DNA from: Octopus sinensis | Lineage: Eukaryota | Direction: 5' to 3' | DNA length: 64,000 nt | Assembly (NCBI RefSeq): GCF_006345805.1 | Contig: NC_042999.1 | Coordinates: forward strand, 19,716,001-19,780,000 | Shown here: positions 35,467 through 47,866 of the stretch, in pieces | Position numbering within the stretch: the first letter of the stretch is position 1 | Layout of the letters: each line of letters opens with the position of its first letter | Notes under the pieces: model-generated | What the model was told of the DNA's origin: nothing | The model's database searches: none | Seen by the model: only the letters and a program-made list of their open reading frames with translations | Program-made: the position numbers and the translations under genes

Positions 35467-37654
35467 TTATAAGGATTAAATCCTGAACATATATACCCTT
35501 TACTCTTTACTCTTTTATTATTTGTTTCAGTCATTTGACTGCGGCAATGATGGAGCACAGCCTTTAATCGAGCAACTCGACCCCGGGACTTATACTTTGC
35601 AAGCCCAGTACTTATTATTTCGGTCTCTTTTGCCGAACAGCTAAGTTACGGGGACATAAACACACCAGCTTCAGTTGTTAAGCAAGGAGGCTAGGGGGAC
35701 AAACACAGACACACAAACATACACGCATATATATATATATGTATATATATATATACATATATACGACGGGCTTCCTTCAGTTTCCATCTACCAAATCCAC
35801 TCACAAGGCTTTGGTCGGCCCGAGGCTATAGTAGAAGACACTTGCCCAAGGTGCCACGCAGTGGGACTGAACACGGAACCATGTGGTTGGTAAACAAGCT
35901 ACTTACTACACAGCCACTCCTGCGCCTATATCACGAAGTTTTACGAGTGAATTGATATAGGTGTCAAATTTTGGCACAATTTCGCTGGGAGGGGACTTAT
36001 TTTATCGACCCTGAAAGGATAAAAGGCGAAGTTGATCGCGGCGGAATTAAGATTACCAACACATGCATTGAGATACCAATAGATAAGAGCTTGCTTTTCA
36101 TCTATGCTAGTTTGACAAAATAAGTAGTATATCTAATATTATATTTTAGTTGTGAGTGTTTATCGTGTGAAAACACCTAAAGCTCCACGAGGCTTCAGCA
36201 GGGGATGGTGGTAAACCCTGCTGTACTCTTTTACCACAACTTTCTCTCACTCTTTCTTCCTGTTTCTGTTGTACCTGTATTTCAAAGGACCAGCAGCCTT
36301 GTCACACTCTGTGTCACGCTGAATCGCCTCGAGAACTACGTTAAGGGTACACGTGTCTGTGGAGTGCTCAGCCACTTGCACGTTAATAAATGAGCTGCGA
36401 CGTCACAGGTGCCAAGCTGTATCGGCCCCTTTGCCTTTTCCTTGGATAACATCGGTTGCGTGGAGAAGGGAGGCCGGTATGCATGGGCGAATGCTGGTCT
36501 TCCATAAACAACCTTGCCCAGACTTGTGCCTTGGAGGGTAACTTTCTAGGTGCAATTCCATGGTCATTCATGACCGAGGGAGGTCACGCACAATATTTTA
36601 GTTGTGGAGAGGATTGCAGCTCGCTTTATGATTATATATACACATGCCATGTCAGGTTTATATTACGGTGCAAATGTCACAAATCAATATTATTAGCAAT
36701 ATTGGCCATGATATTAAGGCGAGAGCTGGCAGGATCTTTAGAACGCTGGGCAAAATGTTTACCGGCAGGCTTGCAGCTTCGTGTCGCAAATATTTGTATT
36801 GAAATATCGCACAAGCACAGTTTATTTTCATCCCATTAAAAAATATTATTTTTTAAAAATATGTTTACGTCAAATTGCACATTCTACAGTTAAAATTATT
36901 ACAATGAATATTAATTCAGAATTTAATATACCGGTAATCCTTGAGTATAATCCGCATTTTTTTCTCAAAATTTAAAGATCAAAATCCCTAGTGCGTACTA
37001 TATACGAGGTTAAAAACGAAAAATATTTTCTAAGCAATGTCCGAGTCTCTATTTGCTGTCCGGCAATGTTTATTCAGACGCATTTTGTGATGTCGGGCAT
37101 GAAAATACCTTAAACTAAGCCTGAAAGCAATGAAGTCATAAAATAATCATCCATAACTTGCAGTAAGCAACATTTATTAAACGTTATTACTATTTTTCTT
37201 TATTTTCTGCAAACAAAATATACAAAAAAGCTACACGTTTGCATTATGTTATATATACAATAGTAATAAAGGACGTTACCTTATACAGTTTTACAAACCA
37301 AGGACGTGATTCAAGTTACAGAAGGGGTGCGTATTATACACAAGGTTTAGGTTTTTCAGAGGTACAGCCCCCCCCCCCCCCTAAAAATCCCCTGCGTATT
37401 ATACTCAAGGGCGGACTATACTCGAGGATTTACAGTAATAAATGGGCAATTTGTGCAATTGATATTACCATAAAGAGGAATACCAAATTAATATACATCG
37501 CAATTGGGGAAAAAATATTGAATATTTATATGGATCAGATTGTGTGTCCTTACTATCTAGTAAGGACACTAATCCAAAATTTAGTGTTCATTCAACCACA
37601 TTAATTACATTTAAGATTAAAATAATACAAAAACCCAATACATATTCACCTTAC

Positions 37655-37745
37655 CAACACGAAATTGCAGCCGAGATTCCCACGTTTAAGACAGCAAACA
37701 GGGTCAATGGAACTAATATATACACCAGGATATACTTGCATTTTT
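37655..37745 (-). CDS. Receptor gene exon 8 (transmembrane: EKCKYILVYILVPLTLFAVLNVGISAAISC)
   Basis: tttccag|AA...TTG|gtaag; 91 nt, phase 1 to 2; hydrophobic stretch of about 22 aa. Confidence 0.8.
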
Positions 37746-37793
37746 CTGGAAATTGCAAAAAGGTATTGTTTATATACATTCATATGGACAAAG

Positions 37794-37835
<42 letters not shown>

Positions 37836-37919
37836 TGATATATATATTATACATGATATACATACCTCACCAGAACGATTTGACTGTGGTATGTGTCATA
37901 CGGATGTGAGTTATTTAGA

Positions 37920-38200
37920 AAGGAAATGATTTTTAAAATAACCATTTTTCTGGAAGTTATGAGGAAACAGAGTCGGTGGGGGTACACTTGGATATTTCAA
38001 AATGTGACCTCGTGTGTACCGTTGGCGATTTTTCCCCCTGTCTTCCCTCCTCTGGATCTTTCCTTCTCCTATGTTTCCGACGAAGAGCTCCGCTCGAAAC
38101 GTTAAACCCTCCTTCTTTCCTGAGCGTCCAATAATACTATATTTATCCCCCTCCTCGCGTTGTTGGGTTTTTTTTTGTGCTTTCTTGTTTGGATTAACTA
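37920..38200 (+). mobile_element. Penelope-like terminal fragment with minimal hammerhead-like motif at 38073-38107
   Basis: gttt-CCGACGA-a-gagc-tcc-gctc-GAAA-cg-tt-aaac. Confidence 0.55.
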
Positions 38201-39597
38201 TATATATATATATATATGCACATTGAGTTGACATAAGTCATGCTGTGATTATGTTGCTACTATATATCTACAGATCAGTTTGCTTCACTTCACTTTCATT
38301 TTGTATGTAGCAATATTTAATTATGTAACTGCATGTTATATATAAACAAAACATATATTTCCTTCGTTCAGTTAGCGTCAAAAGGGTGACAATAATTTGA
38401 ATGAGATGGGCTCAGTTTTCCACCACGCATAAGCGAAAATAGGATATAACAGTACGTACGATGATACTGTGTAACGACTACTTACTATATTAAAAATCCA
38501 TCGTATTATGTGTGTATGTGCATTACACAATTTATTGGCTGTAATTAGAAAGTTTTCATTGCTTTGTAGATGCATGTTCTTTTAACCTATTTACATTTCA
38601 TCTGGTATCTTTACGAATTCTATTATTGATGTTTGTGTTGCATACCACTGGTAAATGTACGATTATACATTATAGAATATATGATACAATATCAAACCAA
38701 TGTAAAACATGCTATCTTAATGATAGCATGTTCTCACACGTGTACATGTGTGTCTCTGTGTGCGTGCGTTTGTGTGTGTGTTTTGTGTATATATACCTAG
38801 GCAAGTTGATGAGGTATACGTGAGTAAGTAAAGACTATTCATATTTGTGTAGGTGTTTATGTATATGTCTATGTGTAAAAAGAGTGTGTGAATATGTGAC
38901 ATGTTAAGAGGGTAGGGTTGACCGTGCAGGCATTCATTTGATCACCTTCTTGTACTAACTGCTTAGCATCGCTAAAAGAGTTCATAAAGAATGGCTTAAT
39001 GTAGCTCAATGGTAACAGCGTTGGGGTATCATAAATGAAGGCGGCGAGCTGGCAGAAACGTTAGCACGCTGGGCGAAATGCTTAGCAGTATTCGTCTGCC
39101 GTTACGTTGTGAGTTCAAATTCCGCCGAGGTCGACTTTGCCTTTCATCCTTTCGGGGTCGATAAATTAAGTACCAGTTACGCACTGGGGTCGATGTAATC
39201 GACTTAATACCCATGTCCGTCCTTGTTTGTCCCTTCTATGTTTAGCCCCTTGTGGGTAATAAAGAAATAGGTATCATAATTTTCGACTGACTTTATTTTG
39301 TACAGTTTAATATTTTTTATTATGATTAATTGATTTCAAATCTTATATAATCTATCAAATTAGGGGATTGAGTATTCCGTCTCATTTCACGTTGTCGAAA
39401 TGCCCGGACGAAATATAATAATAACATTATTATAGTTATATAACATGTGTATTTCTATATGTATTGAAGCAGGTGTGGTTGAGTCGTAAGAAGCTTGCTT
39501 CCCAACCACATTGTTCTAGGTTCAGTCCTAGCCGACCAAAGCTTCGTGAGTGGATTTGGTAGGCGGAAACTGAAAAGAACTCGTCATACACACACAC

Positions 39598-39652
<55 letters not shown>

Positions 39653-40155
39653 GACTTTGTTTGTCTCCCGCCGTCTCTTGACAACCGATGTCGGTTTATT
39701 TACGTTCCCGTAACATGGCGGTTCGGCAAAAAGTCCGATAGAATAAGTACCGGGTTTACAATGAATACGCTCTAGGAGCGATTACTTTGACTAAAAGGCA
39801 GTGCTCCAGCATGGCCGCAGTCAAAAGACTGGGTCAACCTGAAATGAAGTGTCTTGCTCAAAGATACACCGCGTCGCCGGAAATTGACCTCACACTCTTG
39901 GGATCGTGAGCCGAATACACTAACCACACACCTTCACACACACAGAGTGGTGACTTCTTCACTGTTTCTCTTGTTGGTATTTTCCTTTCTTTGTATGGAT
40001 TCCTTCACTGCTCTACAATTTGTTACTTCTTTTCAAAATATTTTTCTTTAAAATTCATGAATGATATTTTGTTACTATGCTTACATGCATGTGTTTGTGT
40101 CACTATGTATGTATGCACTTCTGTTATGTATGGATGTGTTTCTCAATATGGGTCC

Positions 40156-40204
<49 letters not shown>

Positions 40205-40337
40205 TGTGTGTGTGTGAAGCGTGCGTATGTGTATATGGCCATGTGTTTCCGACTCCTTTAGTGTATGTGTGTATGTACCTATCTGTCTATTTATCTATCT
40301 GTTAACACACATCTGTTTTCCTACCACAGACACACAA

Positions 40338-40397
<60 letters not shown>

Positions 40398-40572
40398 GTA
40401 CATATATACGACGGGCTTCTTTCAGTTTCCGTCTACCAAATCCACTCACAAGGCTTTGGCCAGCCCGAGGCTATAGTAGAAGACACTTGTCCAAGGTGCC
40501 ATGCAGTTGGACTGATCCCGGAACAATATGGTTCATAAGTAAGCTACTTACCACACAGTCACTCCTACGCCT

Positions 40573-40644
<72 letters not shown>

Positions 40645-41051
40645 GCCACTCCTACGCCTCCTATATATATATATGTATATATACATACATATATGTATAT
40701 ATATGTATGTATATATGTATGTATATATATATACATACATATATACATACATATATACGAGAGGCTTCTTTCAGTTTCCGTCTACCAAATCCACTCACAA
40801 GGGTTTGGCCGGCCACAGGCTATAGTAGAAGACACTTGCCCACGGTGCCACGCAGTGGGACTGAACTCGGAACCATGTGGTTCGTAAGCAAACTACTTAC
40901 CACGTAGCCACTCCTACGCCTGTTATTGTAATATTCTTAAATTATTGTGGATATGTATATGTGTAGCAACTGATGTAAAAAAAACATTTGTAAGAAAATC
41001 TAATAATCGGTTAGTAATATTATTGAGTAAGAGATTAAAAGTTTATCTAAC

Positions 41052-41195
41052 CTTTACATTTCTTGGAATTGTTGTCCCAGTAATATTCTATAACGCAACC
41101 TTCCTCACAATATCCCGTGACTTGATCACATTTAGAACCTTCACAAAATTCACAATGTTCCTTACACATATCTCCATAGAATCCAGGAACACATT
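41052..41195 (-). CDS. Receptor gene exon 7 (EGF/laminin-EGF-like: QCVPGFYGDMCKEHCEFCEGSKCDQVTGYCEEGC)
   Basis: ttattgcag|AA...AAAG|gttag; 144 nt, phase 1-1. Confidence 0.9.
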
Positions 41196-41278
41196 CTGCA
41201 ATAACAAAAACGATAAAAGAAGAGAATATTGTGGTAACTCTATGTATTTCACTAACGTTAGTATCTAATATCCAGTTG

Positions 41279-41665
41279 TGGAGGCGCAATGGCCCAGTGG
41301 TTAGGGCAGCGGACTCGCGGTCGTAGGATCGCGGTTTTGATTCCCAGACCGGGCGTTGTGAGTGTTTATTGAGCGAAAACACCTAAAAAAGCTCCACGTG
41401 GCTCCGGCAGGGGATGGTGGTGATCCCTGCTGTACTCTTTCACCACAACTTTCTCTCACTCTTACTTCCTGTTTCTGTTGTACCTGTATTTCAAGGGGCC
41501 GGCCGTGTCACTCTCTGTGTCACGCTGAATATCCCTGAGAACTACGTTATGGGTGCACGTGTCTGTGGAGTGCTCAGCCACTTACACGTTAATTTCACGA
41601 GCAGGCTGTTCCGTTGATTCGGATCAACCGGAACCCTCATCGTCGTAACCGACGGAGTGCTTCCT
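41279..41665 (+). mobile_element. Full-length OR-like tRNA-derived SINE
   Basis: Same head as the U2 spacer SINEs but a different 3' tail; other copies near 36150, 42035, 52420(-) (TSD CATGCGATAAGAT at 52388-52400 and 52798-52810), 55533 and 62610(-). Confidence 0.85.
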
Positions 41666-41712
41666 TCCTTAATATTCAGTTATAATAATATTTTATAGAA
41701 TGATTATAACAA

Positions 41713-41853
41713 TTGCAGCGTAGAAGGTGTTTGTAAGTCATTTAAGAAACACACAAAAGCCGTTCGATTGACAAATTAAACTTAAATGTTGAAGTGAATC
41801 GAACGGCTTTTGTGTGTTTCTTAAATGGCTTACAAACACCTTCCACGCTGCAA
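41713..41853. repeat. Short palindromic MITE-like hairpin (arms about 58 bp)
   Basis: ttgcagcgtagaaggtgtttgtaag...gccgttcgatt / aatcgaacggc...cttacaaacaccttccacgctgcaa. Confidence 0.85.
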
Positions 41854-42460
41854 CTGTTTTCGTTTCAGTACACGATCTCAGATCAAATCACTTACTATGC
41901 AAGTACATCTCCGTAATTCCAGAATGATTATAGTTTAAATGTAATAATAACTGGCGTGTCTCTTCATGTCAATGATACATCAAATATTTATATATATAAT
42001 TATATAAACTGATGACTATAAATCTACATCTGCAGTGGAGGCGCAATGGCCCAGTGGTTGGGGCAGCGGATTCGCGTTCGTAATGAACGCGGTTTCGATT
42101 CCCAGACCGGGCATTGTGAGTGTTTATTGAGCGAAAACACCTAAAGCTCCACGAGGCCCCGGCAGGGGGTGGTAGTGAACCCCGCTGTACTCTTTCACCA
42201 CAAATTTCTTTCACTCTTTCTTCTTACTTCTGCCACAAAGCAGAGGAACCATGGTGTAACTCACTATGGTGAGGTAAACTTTCAGACCCTAGTCTAGATT
42301 GCGAATCCTCTGTACCCCAGGATGGTTCAGCTCTCCACCCGTTAAAAGCCACAGTTTACGGCATGAGGATAGCTTTCGCACCCGTGCAACCGCCAGTCTA
42401 TCGCATGTGGTGGGTGGATCTTCAAGTTGCCCCACGCATTCTTAGTAGCTTAGAGTAGGC

Positions 42461-42979
42461 TTGAATTAGAGATTATTCTTTGTGGCTAATGGCGTGAGTC
42501 CTGACTGGAAGAACAAGAAGAAGAGAACATCTGCATTAAGTTTATCTTTATAACGCCGGACAAAATACGAAATGGCGTATCGTCCGTCTTTATGTTCTCA
42601 GTTCAAATTCCGGCGGGACGGAAAATTCTAACTGGGCCCCACCTGGATCGTCATGTGCTGTTTATCTTGATATGAGATCACCATGTCGTGCGCATATGGT
42701 TGTGATGCATGTGCCTGTTGTACCCTTATCAGACGGGTAGCCATATGTGCACGACATGGTGATCTCATATCACGATAAACAGCACATGACGATCCAGGTG
42801 GGGCCCAGTTAGAATTTTCCGTCCCGCCGGAATTTGAACTGAGAACATAAAGACGGACGATATGCCATTACGCATTTTGTCCGGCGTTATAAAGATAAAC
42901 TTAATGCAGATGTTCTCTTCTTCTTGTTCTTCCAGTCAGGACTCACGCCATTAGCCTCAAAGAATAATCTCTAATTCAA
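42461..42979. repeat. Fold-back inverted duplication: 239-bp arms, 41-bp spacer
   Basis: 42461-42699 is the reverse complement of 42741-42979, with about 6 mismatches counted by eye. Confidence 0.95.
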
Positions 42980-43398
42980 AGCGAAAGTTAGTCTAACAGC
43001 TGTTTCTGGGATAGTAGAAATATCTTAAGCTAAGCCTGAAAGCAATGAAGTCATAAAAGAATCATCCATAACCTGCAGTAAGCAACATGTATTAAAATAA
43101 AAGTATTCAGAACACAGAATAACATGTAACAAAAACAATTTCCAAACATATTTACATTCTCATATAACAGTTAAGAACATCACCATTATTGTATTACGCA
43201 TGCACGGAAGTGTTTGTTCGACTAGGTGCTGCTGGCTTAATTATGCACGACTCAAGTTAGAGAAGGGGTGCGCATTATACACAAGGTTTCGGTTTTTCAG
43301 AAGTACAGCCTCCCTAAAAATTCCCTGCGTTTTATACTCGAGGCTTTGCGGTATAAATCAGTATTTTTAAAGTGAAATAACAGATTTACATAACTTAC

Positions 43399-43581
43399 GT
43401 AATACTTCCACTTCACATAGAGTAAGTCTTCTCTTTTTTCCTTCTAACGATATTTTGACATTACTTGAATTTACTGGTTTTTGACATTTAATATTGATTA
43501 CTTCTTTCATGTATTTATCTTTTCTGCCCTCAAAACAAAGTGTTGATTCAAGATAAACTTTAAATCCTTCCAGACTTTGAC
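43399..43581 (-). CDS. Receptor gene exon 6 (C-terminal half of F-type lectin/FTP domain)
   Basis: SQSLEGFKVYLESTLC...NIKCQ...RLTLCEVEVL; ttcaag|GT...TTAC|gtaagt; 183 nt, phase 1-1. Confidence 0.88.
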
Positions 43582-43769
43582 CTTGAATCGAAATATAAGA
43601 GTAAAACTGAAATCAGATGTTAGCTATATTGAGAATAATTAAAAAAAAAAAAAAAAAAATCATTTCAAAAGATCACTTAGGGAAGGGTTTCCCTTTCTTA
43701 TAATTTGTCTAATTAAATCATTAGACGAGTTAGATTGATGGAAAAGAGTGTGTCATTATTTTTCCTCCC

Positions 43770-44082
43770 CGGTGAGTCACCTTCCTTTTTGTTTAGGGAA
43801 ATATTCCACCGTAAGTTACCATCCCAGGTCCAGGCCCACATAACTCAGACCGAGATCAAGTACCTGCGACAGTTAGCGAAATCAGCTGACAAACAATTTT
43901 CGTCCGTTGGGGTTATGGTCAACGTCATAGTATCAGCCACGAGTCATGGTAGAGTTAGGGAAGACGACCTTTGCTTCTACCACACAAAGTACAGGAAAAA
44001 GGCTACCAGGTGTAAACAACCATGTAGCTTCAAGATCCCTTGGCCATCGGCTCCGGGAAACTTCAGAGTCGGCTGCCATTGA
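43770..44082 (+). mobile_element. Ty3/Gypsy gag C-terminal remnant
   Basis: LFREIF..KLP..VQ.......L..LA..AD and LCFYHTKYRKKATRCKQPCSF (C.YH..FG.KA..C..PC motif). Confidence 0.7.
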
Positions 44083-44508
44083 ATGTGAACCCTTTTAAAA
44101 CCTAGCCAGGCTCATGGGCCCGGTTTCCCGGTTTCAATGGCGCATGTGTTCCCCAGCTGGACCATCGCAGCGTTACTCATTTTTGCCAGCTGAGTTGACT
44201 GGACCAACGTGAAAAGAGGTATTTTTCTCAAGAACACAACGCGTCGCTCGGTCCAGGAATCGAAACCACAATCTTACGATCATGATGCTGACACCCTAAC
44301 CACTAAGCCATGTGACTCCACACACCAACAATTATAATGTTCTTTAAATTCTCTGTATAAAGACTATTTCGACACAAACGAACTCATTTAGTACGAACCG
44401 ACACCGGAATTGCTAAAAACAGCAGCGTCAACATCTCCGTCCAGTCACACATCATTGTCTTGAAAATGGCAGGCTGGAAATCCTTTGATCAGAGGTACCA
44501 TCATCATT

Positions 44509-44592
<84 letters not shown>

Positions 44593-44610
44593 GTTGTTGT
44601 TGTTGTTATT

Positions 44611-46041
44611 GAGTGAGAGAGCAGTGCATGCCATCAAATTGACACTGGGGTAAAATATACGAAGCCCGGTATACCCATCATGATTACCCGTCTGATAAGG
44701 TACATTAGGCACATGCCTCACAACCCTATGTGCGTGACATGGTGATCTCATATCAAGATAAACTGCACATGACATTGCAGGTGGGGGCCCCAGTTAGAAT
44801 TTACTTCTGGTCGAGTAGCCCATCCCGCTCAAAAGGTCCCTGAATAAGGGTTGTTTAAGGATGTTAAATGAAACACCCATGTTTCCAGAGGTGAATTATT
44901 ATTCAAACCCCAAAGTATCCCCTCTCAACACATGGCTATGATGCTCCCCCACTACTTCTGCTCATGATCAGAGATGCACATCTCGTCAGCCACTAAGGGA
45001 CATGCTCAACTGGTTAAGGTCAAACAACTGACAAGCAAATCTGTGGTATTGAGCAGAATATTTGCTGGGATTTTTCTTTGTCTATTTCTTTTGCGTTTAG
45101 TTTAGTGCAGTATTTACCATGAAGGGGCTTTTCTTGCCATCGTTTTATCATGGCTCGTTGCTGTTCTATTTTTAGTTTGGATTTCATTTGTTTTATAGCT
45201 TTTGTTGTTTCTTCATCATCTTCTTCTTCTTCTTTGTGTTTATTAGGTGGTATGATTTCTTGTTTGTATTTGTCAGCTTCCTTAAATACTGAGAACAGTT
45301 TTTTGTTTTGCTCGTGTTTTGCTGCTATCTGGATCAGTTTTCCTTCCTTCTGAAGTAGGTATTTTTGCAGTCCTATGGTGGTTATTTTATAGTAGTTTTC
45401 CAGCTGTATAAGGCCTCTACCACCTTCTATACGTTGTATATATAGTCTTTCTATGTCAGATTTTGGGTGATGCATCCTAGATCCTGTCAGTATTTTTCTT
45501 GTTTTCCTATCTATTTTGGACAGTTCATTTCGTGTCCAGTTAAGGATATTGTATCTGTAACTTATAACTGGGACAGCTAAAGTGTTGATACCTATTATCT
45601 TGTTTTTAGCATTGAGCTCTGTTTTTAGTATTGATCTAACTCGTCTATAATATTCTTTTTTTATTTTCTCTTTCATTTGTGTGTGTTGTGTCTTATCTAG
45701 TTCATGGATTCCTAAGTATTTGTAAGTTTGGCTTTGGTCTAATTCTTTTATTCATTGGTTTTATCTAGTGTGATGTTGTTACTTTTAACTAGTTTTCCTC
45801 TTTTCATGGTTACTTTGGCGCATTTTTCTAATCCAAATTTCATATCTATTTCTTTGGTAAATCCATGAACTGTCTTTAATAGCGTTTCCAGCTGTTTGTC
45901 ATTTGCAGCGTATAGTTTTAGGTCATCCATATATAAAAGGTGGCTGATCGTTTTGCCGTAACATTTATATCCGCATCCAGTTCTATTTAGCATATCAGAT
46001 AGAGGTGACAGTGCCAAGCAGAAAAGGAGTGGAGAGAGCGT

Positions 46042-46042
<1 letters not shown>
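44611..46042 (-). mobile_element. 5'-truncated, internally deleted R4/Dong-clade retrotransposon between (TAA)n tracts
   Basis: TLSPLLFCLAL, HLLYMDDLKL, KFGLEKC, KEYYRRVRSILKTELNAKNK, HHPKSDIERLY...GGRGL; (TTA)n on the plus strand at both ends. Confidence 0.85.
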
Positions 46043-46112
<70 letters not shown>

Positions 46113-46294
46113 AAGGGTTGTTTAAGGATGTTAAATGAAGCACCCATGTTTCCAGAGGTGAATTATTCAAACCCCAAAGAATCCCCTCTCAACACATGGT
46201 TATGATTCTCCCCTACTACTTCTGCTCATGGTCAGGACTTATTGTAGAACTTAGTAATAGCAATAACGAAAGTAGTATTTTTAGCAGTACTTAC

Positions 46295-46495
46295 TTTCAT
46301 TCATTTGATTGTAGATTCTCAGTTGAGATATCATGTATGGTTTATCAAGCGTCACTTGCCAGTATGGATCGGTTTCAGATTTAGTTTGGGCACAGGATTT
46401 ATGTGGAACTGCATGATCAAAATTACCGTCAACCGCCTTGTCGGATGTCATTATGTCGAACTCACTACACTTTCCATTGTAGCAAATGTTTTCTC
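46295..46495 (-). CDS. Receptor gene exon 5 (N-terminal half of F-type lectin/FTP domain)
   Basis: GENIC...KAVDGNF...SCAQT..ETDPYWQVTL..PYMISQLRIYNQ; gttag|GA...GAAA|gtaagt; 201 nt, phase 1-1. Confidence 0.88.
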
Positions 46496-46912
46496 CTAAC
46501 TTTCTATAAATACTTGTTTGATTTGTTTGTTTACCTTGAGCAATATTAACTGAAAAAAAAGATTGACGTCTGAATTAATTATCCAGTACAAACATTTTCT
46601 TATTCTTTTACTTGTTTCAGTCATTTGACTGCGGCCATGCTGGAGCACCGCCTTTAGTTGAGCAAAGTGATACCAGAACTTATTCTTTCCATCGGTCTTT
46701 TTTGCCGAACCGCTAAGTTACGGGGACGTAAACACATCAGCATCGGTTATCAAGCAATGTTGGGTGACAAACACAGACACAAAAACATACACACACAACA
46801 CATAGATACATACATACATACATACATACATACATACATTACAGACATACATTACATACATTACATAAATACATTACAAACATTACATACATACATACAC
46901 ACATTACATACA

Positions 46913-46943
<31 letters not shown>

Positions 46944-47315
46944 CATTACATACATACATTACATACATACATACATTACATACATACATACATTACATAC
47001 ATACATACATACATACATACATTACATACATACATACATTACATACATACATATAGGACGGGCTTCGTTCAGTTTCCGTCTACCAAGTCCACTCATAAAG
47101 CTTTGGTCGGCCCGTAGCTATAATAGAAGACACTGGCCCAAGGTGCCACGCAATGGGGGTGAACCCGGAACCATGTGGTTGATAAGCAAGTTATTTACCA
47201 CGCAGCCACTCCTGCGCTTTTAGTTCAATATATTTCGAAAGCGTGTTTTGTGAATCAAGGACACACTTCTATAGATCCAGTTTTCTGTACATAATAACAT
47301 AGATGCAGAGTATAA

Positions 47316-47710
47316 TCTATGTATATAAAAGTAAGGTTGTGTGTCTGTCTACTCCGATTTAGATTCCTAACTACTCCCACATTTTCGGGTGCAGTTTAAC
47401 TAAAACCGGGTATCTTATAGTCGTGATTCTTATCTAGCCCTTCTGGGTATTTGCGCGCGTCTACGATGAGTCTACGATTTAAAAAATAATTTACCATCAT
47501 TTTTTTCCCTTTTAATGCATATTTTTTTTTAATATAAGGGAAGTAACTCTCTAAAAATGTCTACGATGAGTCAACGATTTAAAAAAAATTTACCATCATA
47601 TTTTTTCCATTTTTAATGCATCTTTTTGCTATTTGTTGACTATAACTCTCTAAAAATGCTTTATAGTTATTTCCCTTACAAACCCGAGCAACGCCGGGCG
47701 ATACTGCTAG
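47316..47710 (+). mobile_element. Non-autonomous Helitron
   Basis: A|TC start; cccgagcaacgccggg hairpin plus CTAG|T; related copies at about 49710-50217 and 58715-59626 (the latter tandem, second start at 59230). Confidence 0.82.
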
Positions 47711-47800
47711 TTTGATATATACTAAGTTTGTATCGGCCAAAAGAATCGAATTTGAAATGGCATTTACAACACAAAAACTTAACAATTATAAAAGTACTAT

Positions 47801-47865
<65 letters not shown>

Positions 47866-47866
<1 letters not shown>

